From Octopus sinensis (taxonomy: Eukaryota): 64,000 nucleotides of DNA. Position 1 is the stretch's first letter. Each line of letters opens with the position of its first letter. Below are positions 24,180-37,690 of the stretch, piece by piece. The stretch covers positions 4,588,001 through 4,652,000 of the forward strand of contig NC_043010.1 in assembly GCF_006345805.1 (NCBI RefSeq), in the 5' to 3' direction. A model generated the notes under the pieces. That model did no database searches. It was given only the letters and a program-made list of their open reading frames with translations, and was not told the DNA's origin. Both the position numbers and the translations under genes were made by a program.

Positions 24180-24277
24180 CTTGACTATTGAGTAATTGTA
24201 ACATTATTTTATAGATAAATTTACATAATATTGAGGTCTCTTTCTTTCTTTTGTTATCTTACCGTTTTTACCAATAT

Positions 24278-24310
<33 letters not shown>

Positions 24311-24599
24311 TCTATGTATATATATATATTTTTTTTTTTTCTGATGTATACATAGACACAAACACACACATATATATCCAGGAATGTCTAATCATATATC
24401 TGTGTGATGCAGCATGACTACAGATATTCCAATATGTACAGCATATACATATTTCACCTCATAGATTGTGATACGTGTGTACTTACATAAGCCAATACAT
24501 ACATAAATATGCGAGTAAATAGCTGTGTAAATATGAGTGTATTTGAGATGGCAAATGTGTGTGAGAGTGCATATGTGTGCATGCATATGTGTATGTGTA

Positions 24600-24648
24600 T
24601 ATATATATATATAAATACATATATATTCATATATAGATACACACACAC

Positions 24649-24679
<31 letters not shown>

Positions 24680-24691
24680 CACATAAATAAA

Positions 24692-24725
<34 letters not shown>

Positions 24726-24762
24726 AATACATATATATTCATATATAGATACACACACACAC

Positions 24763-24819
<57 letters not shown>

Positions 24820-25096
24820 AATAAATGTGTGTGTGTGTGTATATATATAAATAAATATATATCATATATAGATACACACACATACATACATACATATATA
24901 TATATATATACACATAAATAAATGTTGTGTGTGAATATATATATATATAATACATATATATTCATATATAATACACACCACACACATACATACATACATA
25001 TATATTATATATACATAAATAAATGTGTGTGTGTGTATATATATATATATAAATACATTATTCATATATAGATACACCACACACATACATACATAC

Positions 25097-25138
<42 letters not shown>

Positions 25139-25354
25139 CACATAAATAAATGTGTGTGTGTGTGTATATATATAATTAAATACATATATATTCATATAAG
25201 ATACCACACATACATACATACATATATATATATATATACACATAAATAAATGTGTGTGTGTGGAATATATATATAATATATAATACATATATATTCATAT
25301 ATAGATACACACACCACCTACATACATACATATATATATTATATACATAATAAA

Positions 25355-25380
<26 letters not shown>
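24600..25380. repeat. Higher-order minisatellite (~100-115-bp unit built of TA/CA/TACA tracts, about 7 copies)
   Basis: The anchors ATAAATACATATATATTCATATATAGATACAC and CACATAAATAAATGTGTG recur. Confidence 0.85.
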
Positions 25381-25421
<41 letters not shown>

Positions 25422-26381
25422 ATATATATATTGATGCATGGTTGTGCAGGAACATTTGTATATGTGTGTAAGTCCATATGTATATGAATATGTGAATTGA
25501 TTACCTCAGTTTTGCATAAACTTATAATCAGTTGTAACATAATGACTGTACATGCATACAAACTGGAATGTCAGCTAGTCTTCCATTTTCAATTAACATC
25601 CGAAGACTGCAGCTACAATGCAGTCATTAGCACCATTTTCCCGCTAGCTGAAAGGTGCAAGCTTTGAGCTCGCAGCTAACCAATAATGTACATGCTATAT
25701 CTATTAGCTTTGATGTTACGACTAGTCAAGGAAATTAACAACTTTGCTTGAAAAGGTCTTATGGCTCTGCCATATGCAAGATAGTTGGAGGTCTGTTGCA
25801 TAGTATAGGAAAATTATCTCCAAAAGTATACGAAGTTAACGAGAAAGGTTTGATTCTTCTAGAAACTTCTATCACTTAAAGATAATTCAATAACTTTGCA
25901 ACACTTTCTTGCTACTTAGCATTAGTTAGTAACATATTTATTAGTAATCCAACATGAAATTATAGATATCTGGTGTCAAATTGTTTTAAATACTAGTCCT
26001 TCTCTCTCTCTCTTTTCTCCTCTCCTTCCCTCCCTCTTTCTCTCTCTGTCTTTCTTCAAATCTGTCATAAAGTGGAAAAGTATCTCTTGAGCCTACAGGC
26101 TCATTAAGCCAGACCTTAACTAAATATCCGTTGTATTTAAGTGTGTAAAAGTGCTTAACTCCTACCTGCTCAGTCCAACACTAATCTGTTACAAGGTTAA
26201 CCCTGCTCAGCTGCCACAAGTTGGATGGACTGAAGTGCTGCGAAATGAAAGTACCTTAAGGACATACTATACTGCCCAGTTTGAGCCTGGAACCTGTGAC
26301 CTAATGATTGTGAGCCCCACACACTAACCATTAGGCTGTAAATCTTCACATATTTAATACAGGAGAAAAATAGTTTTAATC

Positions 26382-26850
26382 CAGGTGTGGGTGTGGCTGT
26401 TTGGTAAGAAGCTTGCTTCCCAACCACATGGTTCCAGGTTCAGTCCCACTGTATGTCACCTTGGGTTAGTGTCTTCTTCTATAGGCTCAGCTGACCAAAG
26501 TGTTGTGAGTGGATTTGGTAGATGGAAACTATATCTGTGTGTGTGTGTATATCTGTGTGTTTGTATATATCTGTGTATGTGTGTGTATCTCAGTGTGTAT
26601 GTGTATCTGTGTGTGTTTGTGTGTGTATCTTTGTGCCTATATTTGTCCCTCACCACAGCTTCACAACTGGTAGTGGTGGTGTCTTTACATCCTTGTAACT
26701 TAAAGGTTTTCCAAAAGGAAACCTATAGAGTAAGTACCAGACTTAAAAAGAATAAGTGCTGGGGTTGATTTGTTCGGCTGAAAAGAATCCCTTCAAGGTG
26801 GGGCCCCGAAATGGCTTCAGTCTAATAACTGAAACAAGGAAAAGATAAAA
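26382..26850 (+). mobile_element. SINE family A, diverged
   Basis: Head, (TG)-rich interior and tail recognisable. Confidence 0.85.
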
Positions 26851-27802
26851 CTGCAACAATATCATATTTAATTACTTTTCTTCTGTTGTATCTTCAACAT
26901 CACTGCATAGCAACAGCAGCCGAAAACACCTTCAAATTTTATTGTCGTCAAAAACGTAAGCAACGTTGGCTGGAATAGACTTATTTATACACAGTTTCAG
27001 TAAAAGACGGAGGTGGTCACCATTGAACCATCTTTCATCATTGCTAGTCAGGTACTAAATAACAATAACAAAATGCATATAATAGAAAAGCCAATAAGAA
27101 GGCTCCTATGTAGCTGCTTACCTTGCTAGAAGTAGCAACCAAATTGCTCACAAATCACTTCCTATTGTCTTAAAAATGTAAGGAAATATTTGCTAAAATA
27201 TTCTTTGATATACTCTGCCTAAGAAAGACAGGATGGTCATGGTTGGAACACCTTTGACCATAGGTCTGACCAATCAGAGCTGACCTGTGTTTAAACAACT
27301 CCACAACACTTTATGTTCTGAAATCAATATGTTGTTAATATCATAAATATATAGGTGCAGGTGTGGCAATGTGGAAAGAAGTTTACTTCACAACCAGATG
27401 GTTCCAGGTTCAGTCTCTCTCTGAGGTACCTTTAATGATTATTTCTTATCTAATATGTTGGTCCCTATTTATTCTGCATGTTGTATATCATAAATTGATG
27501 GATTTTTAGAGAAAATATTTTGAAGTAATTATAATTGTTAAAACTGTAAACATGGATTTCCATTGAATTGTTGAAATTACAATGCTTGCAAAATAAAGTT
27601 ACACCTTAGATCGATACTTCTCAAAATAGGGGTGTAGAGGGGATGATTTTATATGGGTACTAGAGACAAAAGGTGGTAGGTGCATCTGTACAGATTTTTT
27701 TAGTCTTTGTTTCCTAGTTAAATATTAACTTTTTGAAAAAAATTATAAAAATTGATGTTGATAAGCTGGTTGTTAACTATAATCACAATAACTGATTCTG
27801 AA

Positions 27803-28165
27803 ATGTGACTGTCTAGTAAGACGCTTACTTCCCAACCACATGGTCCTGGGTTCAGTCCCACTATGTAGCACCTTGGACAGGTACTTTCTAGTAAGGTCTT
27901 GGGCTGACCAAAGCCTTGTGAGGGGATTTGTTGGATTGAATGTGAAGGAAGTCTGTTGTATATGTGTGTGTCTTTGTGTTTCGTGTTTGTCCCCTTCAAC
28001 TGCTAGACAACTGGTGCTGGATCTTTTACTTAGCAGTTTGGCAAAAGACACCAATAGAATAAGCACAAGGTTTGAAAATAAGTGCTGGGGTTGATTTGTT
28101 TCACTAAACCCTTCAAGATTATATCCTAGCATGGCTGCAGCCCAATGAACGAAACAAGTAACCGA
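27803..28165 (+). mobile_element. SINE family A, diverged
   Basis: GGGTTCAGTCCCACTA...GAAACAAGTAA. Confidence 0.82.
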
Positions 28166-29404
28166 GAGAATTTAAAAAATTATTACACCTATACTTACAG
28201 TATTCATTTATGGTACCTTGGTGCTGTGGTAAGTCACCCATGTCAAAACTAGAATCGGAAACTAAATTATTCTGACATGATATTAGAACAGAGCAGTTTA
28301 AACAGGAAATAGTGTTGAATCACAGCAACAGTGCATTGACAAAGTGTTAGTAAAAGAGAAGAGCCAATACTAAGAAGAGTTTGAGAACTGTAGCAGCTCC
28401 TGCTTTTTGCATTAAGCAACTGGATTTATTATCTTAGCTAGCAAAATTTCCTGGCATTATACTTTATTTTAGATTATTGGAGAACCTTTAATGAAGATTT
28501 CTTTTGACAGCAGCCAAAATCTCTCCAAGCTGAGGTAATTAGAGCTAAGAGCTATTCCTAATGCTAGAGAACAATGCCATTGACAAAATGTAAACTCATC
28601 ATCTGTATGTAGCTAATATCATAGAACTAGTTATGTATTAGATATGTTTGTGAGAGTTATTCAAACAAAATGAATGGAACGGACAAAGAAAAAAAATTTC
28701 ATTTACCATATTTATGTCAATTTTAGCTTTAAAACTTGTTATGACTTCTGTCTGTCTCCTACCTTAATCACATGAGCTACTTTTGTAAACCAAAACTCAA
28801 AATTCAAATATTTGCTCCACGGCTCTGTTATTTGATTAATTAAGTTCTAAGCATTGATATTTACTTTATGTTAGTCTTATAGTGGCTTTGAACTTTACCA
28901 ATATAAGGTGGATATTTATCTAAAGCTAATCCTATCATTTGCTACCTGCTTTATTGATCAAGGTTACTGCTAAAACGTGTAAGCAAACACACTTCTTTTG
29001 CTTCTTATTGTCACTAGTACTACCCATTTTCTAAGCAAAAAACGAGTTGCTGGGGCAACTACCACTGCCAATACCTCCACCATTGGCTATAGGCTATACA
29101 GTGATGATAAGCCAGCAGGGGGGGGGGGTATTTATGTGGTAATTTGACCTGCTAGAAATCACAACCAAATCTCTCTTAAGTCACACTATTGTGTGTAATA
29201 ACGATACACTAGAGAGTTGAGAACTGGTGGTGTGGCAGTCAATCTTCTGATCAAAATGAAGGAAACTCTTTTTCCATTGATTTTTGAAATTGCTGGTGCT
29301 CTTTTATGTTGCAACCAACAGATAGTGTAAGTAAAATATCATTTTACAGTGGCAGGGCAGGATTCTTACTCAGAATTCACGTAGCCGGAACGCTTTAGAG
29401 ATGA

Positions 29405-29431
29405 TATCAAAGATAATGATGATAATGATGG

Positions 29432-29473
<42 letters not shown>

Positions 29474-29573
29474 CGATGATGATGGTGATGGTGTTGGTGG
29501 TGGTGGTGGTGGTGGTGGTGGTGGTGGTGGTGGTTGGTGGTGGTGGTGATGATGATGATGATGATGGTGGTGG

Positions 29574-29631
<58 letters not shown>

Positions 29632-29667
29632 GATGATGATAATGATGATGATGATGATGATGATGAT
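29405..29667. repeat. (GAT)n/(GGT)n microsatellite
   Basis: Directly visible. Confidence 0.95.
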
Positions 29668-29690
29668 GTAAAAGTTCGTTATATTCCCTA

Positions 29691-29928
29691 TTTATTCTTT
29701 TATTCTTTTACTTGTTTCAGTCATTTGACTGTGGCCATGCTTGAGCACCACCTTAAAGGGTGGTAGTCGGAGAAATCAACCCCAGGATTTATTCTTTGTA
29801 AGCCTAGTAGTTAATCTATCAGTCAATTTTGCCAAACCGCTAAGTTATGGGGGACATAAACACACAAGCATTGGTTGTCAAGTTATGGCGTGGGGGGGGG
29901 ACAAACACAGACACACAGACAAATATAT

Positions 29929-29969
<41 letters not shown>

Positions 29970-30136
29970 TACAACAGGCTTCTTCTGGTTTTCATCTACC
30001 AAATCCACTCATGAGGCTTCGGTTGGTCCCGAGGCTATAGTAGAAGACACTTGCCCAAGGTGCCTCACAGTGGAACTGAACCCGGAATCATGGGGCTGGG
30101 AAGCAAGCTACTTACCACACAGCCATGCCTGCGCCT
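29691..30136 (-). mobile_element. SINE family A, full length
   Basis: Complete reverse-complement structure. Confidence 0.9.
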
Positions 30137-30439
30137 CTTGTCCAGTTACAAATGTGATACATTCTGTGTGACTCCTTAACAATCTTGTCAATCCACTACC
30201 GTGTACTGATGTTTTAATTTATTAACCATGAAAGGAAGAAAGGTAAATATGACCTCAACAGGATTTGAAATCAGAACTCAAAGGGTCAGAGAAAATACCA
30301 TAAAACATTCGGTCCAACATTCTAATGACTCTGCTAATTTGCCACTTTAAAGAGTTTTAGATGTAGGATAATTTGGGGATGGTCAAGACTTAGATGTCTT
30401 TATCATAGGTCTCTTTGATCAGAGGTCATCTGAGGTTAA

Positions 30440-31020
30440 ATAATCTTTCTACTATAGGCACAAGCCCTGAAATTTGGACAAGAGGGATAGCCAGTCACCT
30501 TGACTCCAGTACTTGACTCTTACTTAATTTATCCACTCTGAAAGGATGAAAGGCAAAGTCGACTTTGGTGGAATTTGAACTCAGAACGTAAAGACAGATG
30601 AAATGTTGTTAAACATCTTGCCTGGCATACTAACGATTCTGACAGCTCACCGCCTTAATAAGGTGGCATCTACTATAGGCACAAAGCCTGAAATTTGTGG
30701 GTGGGGGATAGTCGATTACATCAACCCCAGTACTTGACTTGTACTTAATTTATCCACCCTCAAAAAAAAAAAAAAAAAAACAAAGTCGACATCAGCAGAA
30801 TTTGAACTCAGAATGTAAAGACAGACGAAATGTCATTAAATAATATTATCTTGTGTGCTAACAATTGTCATCTCACCGCCCTTGATCTGGTAGCATATCC
30901 CTTGCAAGTATAGGCACAAGGCCTGAAATTTGGGGGAGAGGATGAAAGGCAAAGTCGACCTCAGCAGAATTTGATCTCAGAATATAAAGATGGACAAAAT
31001 GCTGCTAAACATTTTGCTTG
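30440..31020 (-). mobile_element. Three tandem copies of SINE family B
   Basis: AAAGTCGAC...GAATTTGAACTCAGAA recurs at about 30555, 30782 and 30952. Confidence 0.8.
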
Positions 31021-31346
31021 GAATACCAGCATCATCATTACAGTTCACAAAGGAGCCTCCACATCATAGGTTCTCAGGCTTTTTGACTTTGTACTTCACT
31101 GGAGATCAAACAAAAATTACTGTAACACTTCACGTGGAAATTTTTTAAAGATCTGCTTTGAAGTTAAAAAATTCTGGATTAAAAAAATGCAGTTGCAGGC
31201 ATAAATGTGTGATTAAAATATTCACTTTGCAATCATGTCATTTCAATTTCAATTCCGCTTCAAGGCACCTTAGACAAGTGTTGTCTACAATAGTCTTTGG
31301 GCTGACCAATGTCTTGTGGGTACATTTAATAGACAGAAACTGTGAT

Positions 31347-31582
31347 TAAGGCGGAGAACTGGCAGAAACGTTAGCCCACTGGGCAAAATACTTAATGGTA
31401 TTTCATCTGTCTTCACGTTCTGAGTTCAAATTCCGCCAAGGTTGACTTTGCCTTTCATCCTTTCGGGGTTGATAAATTAAGTACCAGTTACGCACTGGGG
31501 TCGATGTAATCTACTTAATCCCTTTGTCTGTCCTTGTTTGTCCCCTCTATGTTTAGCCCCTTGTGGGCACTAAAGAAATAAG
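31347..31582 (+). mobile_element. SINE family B, full length (central domain resembles the Meta/Sauria-type SINE core)
   Basis: TAAGGCGGAGAACTGGCAGAAACGTTAG...GAGTTCAAATTCC...GACTTTGCCTTTCATCCTTTCGGGGTTGATAAATTAAGTACCAG. The superfamily assignment is from memory. Confidence 0.8.
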
Positions 31583-31962
31583 GAACTCTGCTTAATCTTG
31601 TATGCATGTGTTTGTGTGTGTGTATGTGAGGGGGCGGGGAACCACCCAAGCCATGCCAGCATGGAACATGGACATTAGATGATGATGATGACGATGATGA
31701 TGGTGGTGGTGGTGGTGGTGGTAGTGGTGATGATGACGACGACGATGATGTAAAAGTTTTTTATGTTCCCTATTGTCCAGCTACACATTTTTTAAACATT
31801 TTTTCCCTCTTTCTCTGCAAATTAATTTCAAATCTAATTTAGAAGAAACCTTTGAACCATAGAAGTTGAGGTTAGTGAAACAAAAACAAGTCTGATTCAT
31901 CAAATTACCGAATTATCAAAAGACAAATGCAATTTCTATTTCACAATTATTAGATAGAAATA

Positions 31963-32336
31963 TAGGCGTAGGAGTGGCTATGTGGTAAGTAGCCTGCTAA
32001 CGAACCACATGGTTTTTGGGTTCAGTCCCACTGCATGGCACCTTGGGCAAGTGCCTTCTACTATAGCCTTGGGCTGACCAAAGCCTTGTGAGTGGATTTG
32101 GTAGACGGAAACTGAAAGAAGCCCATCGTATATATGTTTATATATACGTATATGTGTGTATATGTTTGTCCCCCCAACACCACTTGAAAACCGATGCTGG
32201 TCTGTTTACATCCCTGTAACTTAGCGGTTTGGCAAAAGAGACCGATTGAATAAGTACTAGGCTTCCAAAGATTAAGTCCTGGGGTCGATTTGCTCGACTA
32301 AAGGTGGTGCTCCAGCATGACCACAGTCACATGACT
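31963..32336 (+). mobile_element. SINE family A, fused tail-to-tail with an inverted copy
   Basis: Complete head and body; the tail is cut at ATGACT. Confidence 0.9.
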
Positions 32337-32443
32337 TATTCTATTGGTCTCTTTTGTCAAACTGCTAAGTTATGGGGATATAAACACACCAACACTGGTT
32401 GTCAAGTGATGGTGGGGGAACAAACACAGACGCAGAAACATAT

Positions 32444-32488
<45 letters not shown>

Positions 32489-32646
32489 CAACAGGCTTCT
32501 TTCAGTTTCCGTCTACCAAATCCACTCACAAGGCTTTGGTAGACTGAGTCTATAATAGAAGACACTTGCCCAAGGTGCCATGCAGTATAGGACTGAACCC
32601 AGAACCATGTGGTTGGTAAGCAAGCTACTTACCACACAGCCACTCT
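32337..32646 (-). mobile_element. SINE family A, 3'-truncated inverted copy
   Basis: Starts TATTCTATTGGTCTCTTTTG and ends CCACACAGCCACTC. Confidence 0.9.
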
Positions 32647-32757
32647 TATATATATTATATGTATATATGTGGGTATTTTGAATGGGGACTATTGCTGCTG
32701 CTGCTGCCAACAGTTTCTTCTGGAGTAAGAGAGGGAAAGACTTAAATATATATATTA

Positions 32758-32936
32758 TAAAAAGCACCCACTACACTCACGGAGTGGTTGGCGTTAGGAA
32801 GGGCATCCAGCCGTAGAAACACTGCCAGATCAGACTGGGCCCGATGCAGCCTTCTGGCTTCACAGACCCCAGTTGAACCGTCCAACCCATGCTAGCATGG
32901 AAAGCGGACGCTAAATGATGATGATGATGATGATGA
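32758..32936 (+). mobile_element. RTE-tail-type short element, family C
   Basis: Family C motifs and (GAT)n tail. Confidence 0.88.
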
Positions 32937-34164
32937 TATACTATCTATTTATGTGTATGTGGGTGTGGATGTGTGTGTGTATGAGACCTATTATATTGGA
33001 AATATATAAATTGATGATTATTCTACATTCTTTTCTCTTTCAAGATGAAATGGTCAAATTCTATGCCCAGTTATATACACAAATTCTCAACTATCACAAT
33101 GAAAGTTTTGCAAAATGAAGTTTGCATAATTATACATTTTACTACAATAAATACCTCTATTGCAAAATACTTCAAATTTTAAAGAATAATATCACTACTG
33201 CAAACAAACAAAATTAATTTAAACTGTATCATATTTGCACAGAAATGGCTTGGAAACTCTAAGATATAATTTGCTTCAAACAGACAATAGAAAAAAACGT
33301 ACACCATTATAATAACTCACTACCAAGAATAATCACAAATAAGTTTGCTATTCTCTGTATTAAATATCAACTATCACCTGCTGAAACTAATCAATAGAAA
33401 GATTTGTTAAAAAGAGTATTGCATCTTTTGAGTAAACAAGAAAACATAACATAATTACTTGTCTGACAATTATTTACTGCAGTAAAGGAGTCTTTGTGAG
33501 GTTTGTTACATGACCTGCTAAAAATAGCAGCCAAATCTTACTCAATACACCACATCCAAATTCTTAAAAAAGTAAAGACATATAGGATCACAGTTGGAAT
33601 CCTTTTTTTTGTTTTTGTCTGATTAGTTTGAGAAAGAAAGGTTGCCCTTATGATGATTTTGGGGGTCATTTTCAGGGTCTCCAAGAAGGAACCACTGTCT
33701 GGTCATCACAAGACCTATTGAAAATAACAGCCAAGTCTGCTTCAATAAATTACATCCTATCTTCTCAAAAAAATTATGAGACAGGAACAGGAGTGGCTAT
33801 GTAGTAAGAGTTTGTGTCTACTAAATTCCACTCAACCTGAGACTAACCAAAAACACCCAATGTGCCACACTGTGAGATTGAAACCAGAGTAATGTTGTTA
33901 CAAAACAAACTTCTTAACCACACAGCCATGCATGTGTCTCTTTTGAAGACACATGTTTTTGCTATTGAAAAAGCATGAATCTAACATCCATCCACATTGA
34001 TAAATATAAGGTTCTACACTGCTATGTAAAATCAACATCATAAAATGATCAAGGCTGGAGAATTAGCAGAAACAGTAGACCACCAGACTATATATTACCA
34101 AATTCTAAGTCTATAAATAACCAAAGTTGGCTGTTTTACATTTCCCCATGCTCACTTAGGATCA

Positions 34165-35228
34165 TCGCTTACTTTTCTTGCAGGAGTTCAAGCTTGGGCA
34201 CAATACCTCCCAAATTGCTGCCAATATCAACAGAGCATGGAGAGAGGGGTCCACAAGTGATCGCACAGTACAAAGGTGGTTTCAGAAATTCCATAATGGT
34301 GATGACAGCCTTGAAGATGAAAGTAGAGAACGGTCATGCAGTCTTGACAATGAACAACTGAAAGCAATTGTTGAACAAAACCCATGTCAACGTGTCAGAG
34401 AAATGTCTCAGGCACTTGGTGTCAGTGTTGCAATGGTTTCATGCAATCCGCAGAAAATTGGTAAGGTGAAAGCTCAGTAAATGGGTACCACATGAGCTCA
34501 ATGAAAATCAAAATGTTTGGCATTTTGAAGTGTGCTTGATGTGCTTTCTGCGAAACACTAATGGTACTTTTCTTGACTGAATAGTCACTTGTGACGAAAA
34601 GTGGATCCTTTATGATAACCGTAAACAATCAGGTCAATGGCTTGATCCAAGCATTTCCCAAAGCCAAAGTTGCATCAGCAAAAGATTATGGTGACTGTCC
34701 GGTGGTCTGCAATTGGTGTTGCTCATTACAGCTTTTTGGAAGCCAATCAGAGCATTGCAGCAGAGGTTTACTGCAATCAACTCGCTGAAATGTATGCTCA
34801 CTTGCAAAAAATGAAACCTGCATTGGTGAATCCGCATGGCTCAATTCTGCTCCATGATAAGGCAAAACCACATGTTGCAAGAATTATGCTGCAGAAACTC
34901 AGAGACTTGAGATATGAAACTTTATCACATCTTTCATATTCTCCTGATCTTTCATCCACTGACTGTCATTTTTAAGGCCTTTAAACACGTTTTTAAGCGA
35001 TAAAACTTTCAGGTTTAGACCAGAGGTGGAATCAGTTTTCAAAGATTTTTTTAATATCAAAGCCAATAAGTTTTTATCAACAAGGCATAAATAATCTCAT
35101 TGATTGACAGCAGATATACATCGATGTTCATGGCTTGTACTTTGACAAATCAAGACATTTCTATTGTTAATTTTTCCAGAATAAAATTATGTTTCTGAAA
35201 TCATCCATTATTTTCAGAACAACCTAAT
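34165..35228 (+). pseudogene. Decayed mariner transposase (Hsmar1/SETMAR-like), nearly full CDS plus 3' TIR
   Basis: Motifs QEFKLGH, WFQKF, WVPHEL (34482-34499), TCDEKWILYDN, LLHDKAKPH and YSPDLSSTD, with frameshifts and stops. 3' TIR-like CCATTATTTTCAGAACAACCTAAT. Confidence 0.92.
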
Positions 35229-35499
35229 TGTAAGATGGAAAATAATGCTTATTTTTGTAAACTTCCACTTTATTTACATTTAAAAACTTTTCTTCAACTT
35301 CTTTTAATGGCAAAGTCTTTGATCAGATCCTCATTATGACACCATAAATGTATTCCACCTTGGTTTTCACAAAGACAAGATGGAATAGACAGAACAAGAC
35401 TAGAGAGAAGAGGAGACACGAAGAACAGATAGTCATTGAAGAGGTCCCAGTATGTTTGACAAAAAACCTTGGACAAATAAACTAATAATTATAATAATC

Positions 35500-35935
35500 C
35501 TTTCTACCTTAGGCACAAGACTTGGAATTTCAGGAGAGGGGCAATTCAATTACACCAACCCCAGTAATCAGCTGGTTCATATTTTGTTGACCACAAAAGG
35601 ATGAAAAGCAAAGTCCACCATGGTGGAATTTGAACTCAGAACAAGAAGACAGATGAAATGCTGCTAAATAGTTCACCTGGCATGCTAACAATTCTGCCAG
35701 CTGGGCACCTTAATAGTAATAGTAATCTTTTCTACGGAAGGCACAAGGCCTAAAATTTGAGGGGACGGGACTAGTCAATTACATCAACCCCAGCGCATTA
35801 CTGGTACTAGACTTATCGATCCTGAAAGGATAAAAGGCAAAGTCGACCTCGGCAGAATTTGAACTCAGAATGTAGTGATGGACGAAATACTGCTAAACAG
35901 CTCATCCAGCATGCTAACAATTTTACCAGCTTGCA
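35500..35935 (-). mobile_element. Two SINE family B copies
   Basis: GAAAGGATAAAAGGCAAAGTCGACCTCGGCAGAATTTGAACTCAG and a diverged twin upstream. Confidence 0.8.
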
Positions 35936-35974
35936 ATAATAATAATAATAATAATATAATAATAATAATAATAA

Positions 35975-36012
<38 letters not shown>

Positions 36013-36203
36013 TAATCATTATAAAATGTAGATCAAGTAAATAGTGCATGTGTTTACCAGCAAAATGGCCTCCAAATATAACAATATCTATTTCAACACA
36101 TGATTTCACCGCATCTAAAATGTTGCAAAACAAATGCATACAGGAATATATATATATATATATATAAGTATTGTGTGTGTATATGTATATATATATATAA
36201 GTA

Positions 36204-36255
<52 letters not shown>

Positions 36256-37190
36256 ATATATATATTTGTATATATATATATAAGTATGTGTGTGTGTATA
36301 TATATATATATAATATATATATATATATGTATGTATGTATGTATGTATATATTCTATAAATATATGTCTGTATGTCTGGTGAAAATGAAATCAATATTAT
36401 GATAGTAGCAACTTCAGACTAAAATTATTATTCAGGTTGCTAAGAATTGGTTTTAACATTCATATTTATAAGAACTTTAATTATCATTTGTACTATCATT
36501 TAATCCACTACTACTTTCGTCTAAGCAGTAGGTATACGTTAGTGAGTAGTCTTGAAGAGGAATCGAAAGAGTGCAATAATATGTTAAGTATTTAAAAGAT
36601 TAAAATGACCAAGGCATATCTAAAATGCATACATTTCCAGGGGTACATGAGTAAAATAAGGGGGGATAAAAAAGAGGAACAAACAAAGCAATAAGCAATA
36701 ATACGAAGCCAATGTAATAAGATTAAGAGATAAATTGACGTTTCAGATAGTTGTCTTTCATCAAAATAGCAAGAAGGAACATAGAAGGAAAATAAAATTG
36801 GAAAGAATAAAATCATGTTAATGAGTTAAAGATAAAATGCATGAGGCAAGTAGAGTATATAAGGTGTTTTCCAGCAGAAAGAAAATGAGAGTGTTGTAAG
36901 GGAATGAAGTATGACAAACAGGGGAGAATATAGTGAAGCAAAATGAAGTTTATTTGAGATATGCCTGTGTGTGTGTATAGACAAATAGAGAATCAAGTGT
37001 GTGCGTGTAAGATGTGCGATGGATAGGTCATGAGATGTGAGTGCTTAAGTAAAAAAGCAGAATGAAGTGTGTGTGTGTGTGTGTGATTGTGTAGAGGTAG
37101 ACAAAGTATAGAGGAAGAAAAAAGATGTTATATGAAGTGCAGGGGGAGGATTTTATTTTGTGATTAGGGACAAAATGATGGGTTTTGATC

Positions 37191-37206
37191 CCAGCAGAGG
37201 GCGCAG
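37191..37206 (+). promoter_or_regulatory. Candidate CTCF-binding site
   Basis: CCAGCAGAGGGCGCAG matches the bilaterian CTCF core CC(A/G)(C/G)(C/T)AG(A/G)(G/T)GGC(A/G)C at every position. Motif only, no functional data. Confidence 0.5.
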
Positions 37207-37479
37207 TGTTAGAGCAAAAGTGTTGCTCATGACAAAGGCAGGAAACTAGAGTTCCACACTGTAGTATAAGTCTACAAACAACAAAATGCATGTATGAGAG
37301 GGATAGGAAATTGAACGGTCAGGGTGAAGGTCTTCGTGATTTGGTGTTGTTGCTTTGGGCTTAAGACAGGGGTTTGTTACCTGTTGTTTTAAATGCTTTC
37401 TTCTAGGACAAGCCTGGATTTGACATAATATGATATATCTTTTATGATTACATGGTGTTACATTCATTCTTTAAATATA

Positions 37480-37690
37480 ATTCTTTCCAATTTTGGCATG
37501 AGGCCATTTTGAGGGGAGGGTGAAAGTCGATTATATCAACTCCAGTACTTGACCGGTTCTTTATTTTATCAACCCTGAAAGTTTGAAAGGCAAAGTTAAC
37601 CTCAGCATGATTTCAGCTCAGAATGCAAGCAACCACAAAAAAAAAAAAAAAAATTGCTGCAAAGCATTTTGTCTGACATGCTAACAATTT
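37480..37690 (-). mobile_element. SINE family B, diverged
   Basis: AACCCTGAAAGTTTGAAAGGCAAAGTTAACCTC...CTCAGAATG. Confidence 0.75.
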
